From positions 1 through 11,813 of IMG/VR virus record IMGVR_UViG_2869947659_000003: DNA of 11,813 nucleotides. One strand, 5' to 3'. Below the pieces are notes generated by a model. It was not told the DNA's origin. It worked only from the letters and a program-made list of their open reading frames with translations, and searched no databases. A program made the position numbers and the translations under genes. Origin of the DNA: a virus (taxonomy: Duplodnaviria; Heunggongvirae; Uroviricota; Caudoviricetes). This document shows, piece after piece, positions 1 through 5,610 of the stretch; the stretch's first letter is position 1, and each line of letters begins with the position of its first letter.

Positions 1-819
1 TTAAGCAGCCATCTGATGATATTTTTCCCTGAAGGCTGCCGGGGAGATATTCCCCAGACGAGAGTGACGACGCTGACGATTGTAGAAAATCTCAATGTAT
101 TCCCGTATTACTGAGATGGCTTCATCCCGGTTATTAAAACGATAGTGGCTCAGGCTCTCATTTTTCAGCGTTCCCCAGAAGCTTTCCATCGGAGCGTTGT
201 CGTAACAGTGACCTTTACGCGACATTGATGTTTTCAGACCAGACTGCTCCTGTATGACCCGGTAATCGTATGCGCAGTACTGTGAACCTCGATCAGAGTG
301 GTGGATTAGCCCGGCAGGTGGGCGCTGGCTCCTGAGCGCCATAAACAGGGCTTTACCTGTCAGCTCTTTTGTCATGCGCTCTCCCATGGCGTAGCCGACA
401 ATTTCGCACGTATAAACATCTTTGATGCCAGCGAGGTACAACCATCCCTCCTGTGTGGCAACATACGTCAGGTCCGCCACCCAGACCTGATTTGGTGCTG
501 TAGGAGCGAACGTCTGGTTCAGCAGATTTGGCGCAACTGGCAGATTGTGGTTCGGGTTCGTAGTCGCTCTGAACTTGCGTTTCTGCTTACAGCGTAGCCT
601 TAGCTCCTTACGAAGACGTGCCAGTCGGTCACGACCAACGATGATGCCATTCTCTGCCAGCTCCGTCTGGAGCCGCCGGGTTCCATATGTTTCGCGAGTG
701 CGGATATGTGCCACCTTAATCTCCAGTTTTAGCCGCTCATCACTTTGTTTTCTGTCTGAGGGTTCATGCTGTACCCAGTTGTAATAACCGCTCCTGGATA
801 CACCAAATACCTGACACAT
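1..819 (-). CDS. IS3-family transposase OrfB (DDE/integrase catalytic core), probably made as an OrfAB fusion by -1 frameshift
   Basis: 272-aa ORF with rve-like motifs (HSDRGSQYCAYDY, KGHCYDNAPMESFWGTLK, FYNRQRRHSRLGNISP). Stop codon sits at window positions 1-3. The ATG at 819 is probably not the biological start. Confidence 0.9.
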   Translation of the reverse strand: MCQVFGVSRSGYYNWVQHEPSDRKQSDERLKLEIKVAHIRTRETYGTRRLQTELAENGIIVGRDRLARLRKELRLRCKQKRKFRATTNPNHNLPVAPNLLNQTFAPTAPNQVWVADLTYVATQEGWLYLAGIKDVYTCEIVGYAMGERMTKELTGKALFMALRSQRPPAGLIHHSDRGSQYCAYDYRVIQEQSGLKTSMSRKGHCYDNAPMESFWGTLKNESLSHYRFNNRDEAISVIREYIEIFYNRQRRHSRLGNISPAAFREKYHQMAA

Positions 820-854
820 CGCTTCAATGGGAAATTGTTGTCGCCATTGTTCGA

Positions 855-1157
855 TTAACGCGTATTTTTCAGCGACTCCTGTGCAAAATACGCTGTTGCT
901 TTTTTTAATATATCTCGCTCAAGGCGAGCTTCATTTAACGCCTTACGCAGTTGCAGAATTTCAGATTCCAGTTCAGCCACCGTGCGGGAACCAGGAGTAC
1001 CGAGCCCTTTTCTGGCGGCGGTAACCCATTGTCCTAAAGTGCCTTCAGGAAGGGATAATCGGGAAGCGCCTTCACTGATCGAAAGTTGATTTTCAAGAAC
1101 CGTTCTGACAGCTTCGGCTTTGAACTCTTTAGAGTAACGTTGGTTTTTTCTGCTCAT
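855..1157 (-). CDS. IS3-family transposase OrfA (helix-turn-helix DNA-binding subunit)
   Basis: 100-aa ORF directly upstream of OrfB; N-terminal HTH-like region and C-terminal leucine-zipper-like segment (LESEILQLRKALNEARLERDILKKATAYFA) typical of IS3 OrfA. Confidence 0.85.
   Translation of the reverse strand: MSRKNQRYSKEFKAEAVRTVLENQLSISEGASRLSLPEGTLGQWVTAARKGLGTPGSRTVAELESEILQLRKALNEARLERDILKKATAYFAQESLKNTR
897..908 (-). other. Putative programmed -1 ribosomal frameshift site (A-rich slippery run) near the 3' end of orfA
   Basis: Minus-strand mRNA reads GAT ATA TTA AAA AAA GCA at the codons for ILKKA; the IS3 family typically uses an A AAA AAG-type heptamer here. Not experimentally supported. 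Confidence 0.5.
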
Positions 1158-1256
1158 TATTAGCTCCTTCTGATGCCATTCTATTTCAGGAAGGAGTGTC
1201 CGTTAAACTCAGGCTACCTCAGTTCGCCGCTGGCGAATTTCGAAAATATCAACCAG

Positions 1257-1538
1257 TTACCGCCGTAACCGCTCCGGCTTCTTCCAGTGGTACGTAATTT
1301 TTGCTTTTTCCCTGTACGTCTGCACGCGGCGACGGTAGGCCAGCATTTCAAGAACGCGGATCCGTATGTCGCGCATATCAACATCATTAAGCTGGATACC
1401 ATCACGGCGCATCACCTCAGCAACAACACGCACATAATTTTCAGCGGTCACGCTGTCCGGCTGTGTGGCCTGTTCGTCATGCTGCTGGCTGATTCCGGTA
1501 ACGCGGCGGATTAATCCCAGTAGTTCGGCTTCTGTCAT
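1257..1538 (-). CDS. Hypothetical protein, 93 aa
   Basis: ORF with a G-rich Shine-Dalgarno (GGGGG, 4 nt before the ATG). No recognisable family. Stop codon lies 36 bp from the IS end, so the gene appears intact. Confidence 0.55.
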   Translation of the reverse strand: MTEAELLGLIRRVTGISQQHDEQATQPDSVTAENYVRVVAEVMRRDGIQLNDVDMRDIRIRVLEMLAYRRRVQTYREKAKITYHWKKPERLRR

Positions 1539-1564
1539 TGTGCCCCCATCGCTCTGATAGTCTG

Positions 1565-1640
1565 GTGTCGTCGGGTCCTTCCTGGAATTATGGCCCGTTA
1601 CGGGGCGGCGACCTCGCGGTTTTTCGCTATTTATGAGCTT
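1565..1640 (+). other. Lambda-type cos site, copy 1 (cosQ-like ACGGGTCC-type segment plus cosN; 12-nt cohesive-end sequence GGGCGGCGACCT at 1603..1614)
   Basis: Sequence CGGGTCCTTCCTGG...GTTACGGGGCGGCGACCTCGCGGTTTTTCGCTATTTATGAGC closely matches the lambda genome termini as I recall them (right end ...ACGGGTCCTTTCCGG...GTTACG, left end GGGCGGCGACCTCGCGGGTTTTCGCTATTTATGAAAA). Confidence 0.8.
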
Positions 1641-1649
1641 TTTTAGAGG

Positions 1650-1800
1650 GAGGTTGTTGTTTAATTGTTTGTCATATCCATTTGATAACTAAGTAAAAAT
1701 AAAGAGCAATACAACAACCTGATAGTGTTTTTTTGATGCTAAAAATAAAAAAATGCTAATTGAATCAAATAGTTTTAAAAAAATACGTGGTTGTTGTATT
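1650..1800. repeat. AT-rich region with three GTTGTTGT / ACAACAAC repeats on the cosB side of cos copy 1
   Basis: GGTTGTTGTTT at about 1652, ACAACAACC at about 1710 and GGTTGTTGTAT at about 1790, seen directly. Possible terminase-small-subunit or IHF-type binding elements. Confidence 0.35.
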
Positions 1801-1831
1801 GCGTATTTGATGGCGTAACAGAAAGTGATTT

Positions 1832-2272
1832 TTAACTTTGCTGTTCTGTAACGACTGATTGTTCCATGCTGGCACGGCAAACGCTTACGGCATGACGCCA
1901 CCCAGCCAGAAAGCCGGCCATTTTATTTCGCGCTTTGCTCACTTCTTCCGGTGAGTAGCCGTAAATCTGTAAACCTTCATCAAATCTATGTTCTGTTTCT
2001 TCACTGGAGTACTCGTCACGCTCAGATGAAAGCAGCCTGGCAACCATAATTTTTTCCAGCGCACTGGTTTCTACGTGATATCCAATGGCCTCAAGATGGC
2101 TTTTACCTGAAGACCAAAGCAATGTATGCCCGATGTGATAACCGCCGGACTTTCCGCGATCCGCATTAAGATACGGCATCCCTTGTTTGGTCCATGCGCG
2201 AATAGTGGTTCTGTTTACCTTGAAATGTTCAGCTATTTCCTGCTGACTTACAAAACAAGCCTTATTAATCAT
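1832..2272 (-). CDS. Nu1-like terminase small subunit homologue (N-terminal winged-helix cos-binding domain); candidate packaging-redirection protein
   Basis: N-terminus VSQQEIAEHFKVNRTTIRAWTKQGMPYLNADRGKSGG aligns with lambda Nu1 VNKKQLADIFGASIRTIQNWQEQGMPVLRGGGKG. Only 146 aa versus 181 aa for Nu1, with a divergent C-terminus. RBS GAGGT precedes the ATG; the gene sits about 90 bp downstream of cos copy 2, as in lambda. Confidence 0.8.
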   Translation of the reverse strand: MINKACFVSQQEIAEHFKVNRTTIRAWTKQGMPYLNADRGKSGGYHIGHTLLWSSGKSHLEAIGYHVETSALEKIMVARLLSSERDEYSSEETEHRFDEGLQIYGYSPEEVSKARNKMAGFLAGWRHAVSVCRASMEQSVVTEQQS

Positions 2273-2339
2273 AATGTTACCTCAATTGACTGATTAAATG
2301 TTAATCAAGTGGTGGTGGTGTCACCTTCACGGAAAAACG

Positions 2340-2400
2340 TCATAAATAGCGAAAACCCGCGAGGTCGCCGCCCCGTAACGGCTCCATATGCCGGAAAGGA
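2340..2400 (-). other. Lambda-type cos site, copy 2 (cosQ-cosN; cohesive-end sequence reverse-complemented at 2362..2373), correctly oriented for the Nu1-like gene
   Basis: Minus strand reads ACGGGTCCTTTCCGGCATATGGAGCCGTTACG GGGCGGCGACCT CGCGGGTTTTCGCTATTTATGACG, near-identical to lambda cosQ/cosN. Confidence 0.85.
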
Positions 2401-2405
2401 CCCGT

Positions 2406-2430
2406 AAAAAAAAGCCGGATTTCTCCGGCC
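2406..2430 (-). terminator. Rho-independent terminator downstream of the capsid-like operon
   Basis: Stem GCCGGA / TCCGGC with 4-nt loop, followed on the minus strand by eight U residues. Confidence 0.7.
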
Positions 2431-2435
2431 TTGTC

Positions 2436-2849
2436 TCAGATGGTTTTCAGTATGCGATCGATGTCGCCGTCATCGCCCTGGTTTCTGCCATCGTATGCCA
2501 TGCCAGCTGATACGGCTTGCGGGCTGTGCATGTCCATAAAGTTTTCAAAGGCTGCGGTAAGCTCTGGTGCAACCTTTGGGCGCTCCTGCTCTATGGTCAT
2601 GTTCAGGATTTCACGAGCATTATCGACGCTAATACATGGCACGTTTGCCATTGCACGTAACAGCGGCTGATAGTCTTTATGCTCATGAAGCGCCATAATC
2701 GCATCAGCGCGCGGCTTGTCCTGCTCTTCCAGTTTGTTTAGTTGATATACGGCCTCATAGGTTGATAAACCTCTGTCAGCCATTGCCCGCGCTTCGGCTT
2801 TAAATTTACTCGCCAGCGGTAGCGTCATGATGCTTTCATTCGTTGCCAT
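2436..2849 (-). CDS. Hypothetical protein, 137 aa (last gene of the capsid-like operon)
   Basis: ORF with AGGGGGA Shine-Dalgarno, 12 nt downstream of the gpD-like gene. No recognisable family. Confidence 0.6.
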   Translation of the reverse strand: MATNESIMTLPLASKFKAEARAMADRGLSTYEAVYQLNKLEEQDKPRADAIMALHEHKDYQPLLRAMANVPCISVDNAREILNMTIEQERPKVAPELTAAFENFMDMHSPQAVSAGMAYDGRNQGDDGDIDRILKTI

Positions 2850-2861
2850 CGTTCCCCCTGC

Positions 2862-3197
2862 TTATCGGGCCAGCGGCTGAACGGATACGCCGGAACCCGC
2901 AAAGGCGGCGCATTTTTTCGCATCGGTGTCGACGCTCTCAGGCCAGTTAACGGCGGCAATATTGAATATCCCCGTCTTGTAACACTGTGCTGATTTCTGC
3001 TTTGACGTGTCCACAGGGTACGAGGTCAGATAAACAGCCTTGCCAGATTCCTTACCATCCCACGGCTTAAACTCGCCATTGTCCGCCAGCATCAGCGGGG
3101 TAAATTCCTGAATAACGCCAGCATCAGCGGCAAAATGTACCAGCGTCGTGGCGACCTGCTGACTGCCTGCAAATAACTCAATGTATGGAGTGTCCAT
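2862..3197 (-). CDS. Lambda gpD-like head decoration protein homologue
   Basis: TPLMLADNGEFKPWDG...YKTGIFNIAAVNWPESVDTDAKKCAAFAGSGVSV aligns with lambda gpD TPLMLDTSSRKLVAWDG...[35 protein letters not shown] (from memory). GGGGGA Shine-Dalgarno. Confidence 0.75.
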   Translation of the reverse strand: MDTPYIELFAGSQQVATTLVHFAADAGVIQEFTPLMLADNGEFKPWDGKESGKAVYLTSYPVDTSKQKSAQCYKTGIFNIAAVNWPESVDTDAKKCAAFAGSGVSVQPLAR

Positions 3198-3208
3198 AGA
3201 ATCCCCCG

Positions 3209-4264
3209 TTAACCAATTTTGACGGTAACAAATTTGCGAATATCTGCCGGAACCGGCTGCGGTGCGCTGTGCGTCTGCACGTACTCAATCGCCGGATCGC
3301 CGTCCTCAATCCAGTTTTTCGGGTAAAACATGTTTTGCGTTGCGCCTGTTCTTACTGCGTCCTGATCCATAATCGCACCATAGGCCACCAGCCCTTTATT
3401 GTTGGTGTTGCCCAGAACCAGCAAATCAGGCTCAAGGAAATATTTTTCTGTGCCGTCGCTGTCAGTGTATTTGCCGGAATAGACGATAAGGGCAATATCG
3501 CCCAGATAGCCTTTAAAGCTCACCACTTCGCCCAGGTTTTTACAGGCCAGCTCTGCGGCGGACTCTGAACCACGGGAAAGATCGTACAGCTCACGGAATT
3601 TTTTAAAGCTGCGTAACGTTCGCCATACCTCAGCGCCCATAATCATGACGTTTGCGGGGCAACCAGCCTGATCGGCGTATAGTTCGATATCATAGATTGG
3701 ATCGTGGGTTTCTTTGTCCTGCTCTGACCATTTTTTCCCGTCGGCCTGCTCTATGATGTTTTTTTCCGGTATCTTCCAGTCGATTTCATAGCGCTCTATG
3801 CCTTCGCCCTCAATGATGTTTTTTCCGGTCGTTACCGCATTTACCGCCAGCCATTCCACGCGCGCTTTAATGGCGTTTATCTGGCGGCGCATGTTGCCAG
3901 TAATCAGGCGCATACGGCGATAGGTAGGGTCGTTAAGCTGTGCCGGATCTTCTCCAGCCATGCGCATGATGGTTTTCGTTGGATCGATTTCGTGCTTTGG
4001 CTTCATGTAGCCAGGTTTAATCGTGCTGGTTTCGTACCCTTTATCGCGCTGAACCTGGCTACCCACCATAGGCGAACAAAACGCCGACATGGTGACTTCT
4101 TCAATGTCCAGGGTATCCAGCATGATGTTTTGCGTGCTGAATGTCGCCACGTTCGGGAAAAACAGCGTGGTAAACAGCGGACTGAATTTAAATTCCGCAA
4201 TATCCCCGCGATTCAGGTACGCAAAAAGCTGGTTAGTGTTAAGTACCATTGCTTTTACTGTCAT
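3209..4264 (-). CDS. Lambda gpE-like major capsid protein homologue
   Basis: Conserved blocks along the whole 351 aa shared with lambda gpE: EFKFSPLF, KPGYMKPKHE, DPTYRRMRLI, WSEQDKETHDP, WRTLRSFK, RGSESAAE, SFKGYLGDIALIVYSGKY, LVLGNT, FYPKNWIEDGDPA, QSAP. Start codon overlaps the stop of the upstream 68-aa ORF (TAATG). Confidence 0.9.
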   Translation of the reverse strand: MTVKAMVLNTNQLFAYLNRGDIAEFKFSPLFTTLFFPNVATFSTQNIMLDTLDIEEVTMSAFCSPMVGSQVQRDKGYETSTIKPGYMKPKHEIDPTKTIMRMAGEDPAQLNDPTYRRMRLITGNMRRQINAIKARVEWLAVNAVTTGKNIIEGEGIERYEIDWKIPEKNIIEQADGKKWSEQDKETHDPIYDIELYADQAGCPANVMIMGAEVWRTLRSFKKFRELYDLSRGSESAAELACKNLGEVVSFKGYLGDIALIVYSGKYTDSDGTEKYFLEPDLLVLGNTNNKGLVAYGAIMDQDAVRTGATQNMFYPKNWIEDGDPAIEYVQTHSAPQPVPADIRKFVTVKIG

Positions 4265-4470
4265 TATTCCCCCCCGTGAACCTGATTCATACCCAGCGCC
4301 GCGCGTAAATAGGCGCGTACCTGCCAGCCTGTTGACGGCTCAACCATCGCCAGCGGATCAAGTCCTGCCGCAATGCCTGCTTTTACGTTCTGCTGGTGGC
4401 GTTCCTTGAGCGCCTTCACGATGTCGGGGCTTATGTACACCGAAACACCGCCTTTTTTCTCTTCAGCCAT
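4264..4470 (-). CDS. Hypothetical protein, 68 aa (first gene of the capsid-like operon)
   Basis: AGAGGA Shine-Dalgarno upstream; translationally coupled to the gpE-like gene. No recognisable family. Confidence 0.5.
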   Translation of the reverse strand: MAEEKKGGVSVYISPDIVKALKERHQQNVKAGIAAGLDPLAMVEPSTGWQVRAYLRAALGMNQVHGGE

Positions 4471-4498
4471 AGTAAGAAATTCCTCTTTGACTTAAAAA

Positions 4499-4555
4499 AT
4501 CATAACTGGATGTTCATCCAGTTATGATTATAATCATGATCGCATTTTGTGCAAT
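4499..4555 (-). promoter_or_regulatory. Sigma70-like promoter for the capsid-like operon overlapped by a 30-bp perfect palindrome (candidate operator)
   Basis: Minus strand -35 TTGCAC (4549..4554), 16-bp spacer, -10 TATAAT (4527..4532). Palindrome ATCATAACTGGATG tt CATCCAGTTATGAT at 4499..4528 covers the predicted transcription start. Confidence 0.5.
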
Positions 4556-4633
4556 GATATTGAGTTGCGTTGCAAATTATGAAATGATTATCCCGATCAT
4601 GTGTGTCAGTGCACCAAAAAACCTCATATGCAA

Positions 4634-4672
4634 AAGCCCGATAACCCACCTCTGACCTTATCGGGCTTTTTT
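4634..4672 (+). terminator. Hairpin terminator (10-bp stem AGCCCGATAA / TTATCGGGCT, 13-nt loop, T-run)
   Basis: Seen directly; followed by TTTTTTAT on the plus strand. A weaker U-run follows on the minus strand, so it may act in both directions. Confidence 0.5.
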
Positions 4673-4770
4673 ATCTGCCTGCAAAGATGTTGAACAAAAA
4701 TTAACCACAACCATCATCTTTTTTGCATCAAAACAATTAAAAACAATAAATTACGCTCATGATGATGATG

Positions 4771-4847
4771 ACGATAAAATCACAAAAATGCGCTTTTTTC
4801 CGCGCCTCCCGCCCCGTGTTCAGGCCCACCCCGCCAGGAGGACCCGT
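4771..4847 (-). other. Degenerate third cos-like element (diverged duplicate of cos copy 2)
   Basis: Plus-strand 4771..4869 aligns with 2341..2430 over about 100 bp (…CCGCCCCGT…GGACCCGTAAAAAAGCCGGATTGCTCCGGC). The cohesive-end core is not intact (GGGCGGGAGG instead of GGGCGGCGACCT). Confidence 0.55.
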
Positions 4848-4869
4848 AAAAAAGCCGGATTGCTCCGGC
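4848..4869 (-). terminator. Rho-independent terminator downstream of ssb
   Basis: Stem GCCGGA / TCCGGC with loop, followed on the minus strand by six U residues; near-identical to the terminator at 2406..2430. Confidence 0.7.
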
Positions 4870-4885
4870 TTCTGTCACTCGTCGC

Positions 4886-5308
4886 TTAAAACGGTATGTT
4901 ATCCCCGTACGGATCATCATTCCCCGCCTGTTGTTTTGCCCTGTTCAGCGCGTCAGTAGCCTGGCCCTGTTGACCTTTTTTGCCGCCCAGTCGCGCCGTT
5001 CGCGCACTGATTACACTGTCTGCGATAACCTGCCAGCCCTGCCGCGTTTCCCCGTTCTGTCCGGTCCACTGGCTGACCTGCATCGTGCCGGATACGCTGG
5101 CAACGTCGCCTTTTTGATGTTTAGCCAGGAAGTCGGCCTGCTTACCAAATGCGATGACCGATAGCCATAACGTCGCCTGCCCATCCTGCGCCTGACTACA
5201 TGGCAACGATACCGCCATACGCGCCAGCGTCATCGGTGTGCCCTTGCTGGTCTGTTTTACCTGCGGGTCGTCCACCAGCCGCCCGTAAGCGGCTATCTGT
5301 GCTGTCAT
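4886..5308 (-). CDS. ssb: Single-stranded DNA-binding protein (SSB-like OB-fold protein with acidic C-terminal tail)
   Basis: OB-fold-like core (TLWLSVIAFGKQADFLAKHQKGDVASVSGTMQVSQWTGQNGETRQGWQVIADSV) resembling the E. coli SSB core, and a C-terminal tail ending DDPYGDNIPF (compare the SSB DDDIPF tip). Start overlaps the stop of the upstream ORF (ATGA). Confidence 0.7.
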   Translation of the reverse strand: MTAQIAAYGRLVDDPQVKQTSKGTPMTLARMAVSLPCSQAQDGQATLWLSVIAFGKQADFLAKHQKGDVASVSGTMQVSQWTGQNGETRQGWQVIADSVISARTARLGGKKGQQGQATDALNRAKQQAGNDDPYGDNIPF

Positions 5309-5562
5309 AATTCCACCTCTCCGGTTTTAACGTTGATGGTTGTTACCTGTTCCGCTTCGGCAATCTCCCGCTCTGTCAGCGTGGCAAAGTTTGCCGCTGC
5401 TGTGGTCATGAATGCGCTTATCAGGTCGGGATGTGCTTTCGCGTATCCTTCCCCCGTGTTGCGGTCGATGATTTTTATCGCCACTCTCAGCCAGTGCTCT
5501 GTAAGGTCAATGGCGCGGTTATGCTGCTTCTTCTGATTATTAAGTTTTCCTGATGTGCGCAT
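5305..5562 (-). CDS. Hypothetical protein, 85 aa, translationally coupled to ssb
   Basis: ORF with ATGA overlap to ssb. No recognisable family. Confidence 0.5.
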   Translation of the reverse strand: MRTSGKLNNQKKQHNRAIDLTEHWLRVAIKIIDRNTGEGYAKAHPDLISAFMTTAAANFATLTEREIAEAEQVTTINVKTGEVEL

Positions 5563-5610
5563 TTTTATTTTTACCCCCTCGTTTAAAAAGTTTTGAGTTG
5601 TGCCTCCCCT

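Larger units (their letters stand above)
1..1221 (-). mobile_element. IS3-family insertion sequence, partial (left terminus near 1221; right terminus beyond window start)
   Basis: Two-ORF orfA/orfB organisation typical of IS3 family. Putative terminus reads TGAGGTAGCCTGAGTTTAACGGACAC on the minus strand starting at about 1221, roughly 65 nt upstream of the orfA ATG, matching the usual TG-initiated IS3-type inverted repeat layout. Exact family member not identified. Confidence 0.8.

Noticed and set aside
545-1024. Plus-strand ORFs of 79 and 65 aa inside the IS element
   Set aside because: Antisense to the IS3-family orfA/orfB, which are clearly the real genes.
1214-1514. ORFs of 63 aa (minus) and 75 aa (plus) overlapping the 93-aa ORF
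   Set aside because: Overlapping alternative frames without RBS; the 93-aa ORF has the strong Shine-Dalgarno.
1689-1901. 70-aa minus-strand ORF in the AT-rich region next to the Nu1-like gene
   Set aside because: Low-complexity translation of an AT-rich repeat region, overlapping the 3' end of the Nu1-like gene in another frame; more likely non-coding cos-flank DNA.
2431-2670. 79-aa plus-strand ORF
   Set aside because: Antisense to the 137-aa operon gene; no independent support.
3269-4409. Plus-strand ORFs (99, 95 and 106 aa) and a minus-strand 65-aa ORF overlapping the gpE-like gene
   Set aside because: They overlap a strongly supported gpE homologue, on the opposite strand or in a different frame, and lack RBS or family resemblance.
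4499-4528. The 30-bp palindrome as a LexA (SOS) box
   Set aside because: LexA boxes are CTGT-N8-ACAG; this site is CTGG-N8-CCAG, so the key conserved T/A positions differ. Kept only as a generic operator candidate.
4756-4772. (ATG)4 trinucleotide microsatellite and the 66-aa and 77-aa plus-strand ORFs at 4759..5164
   Set aside because: The short repeat sits inside the degenerate cos-like and intergenic region with no evidence of phase-variable coding function; the ORFs run antisense to ssb or through terminator sequence.
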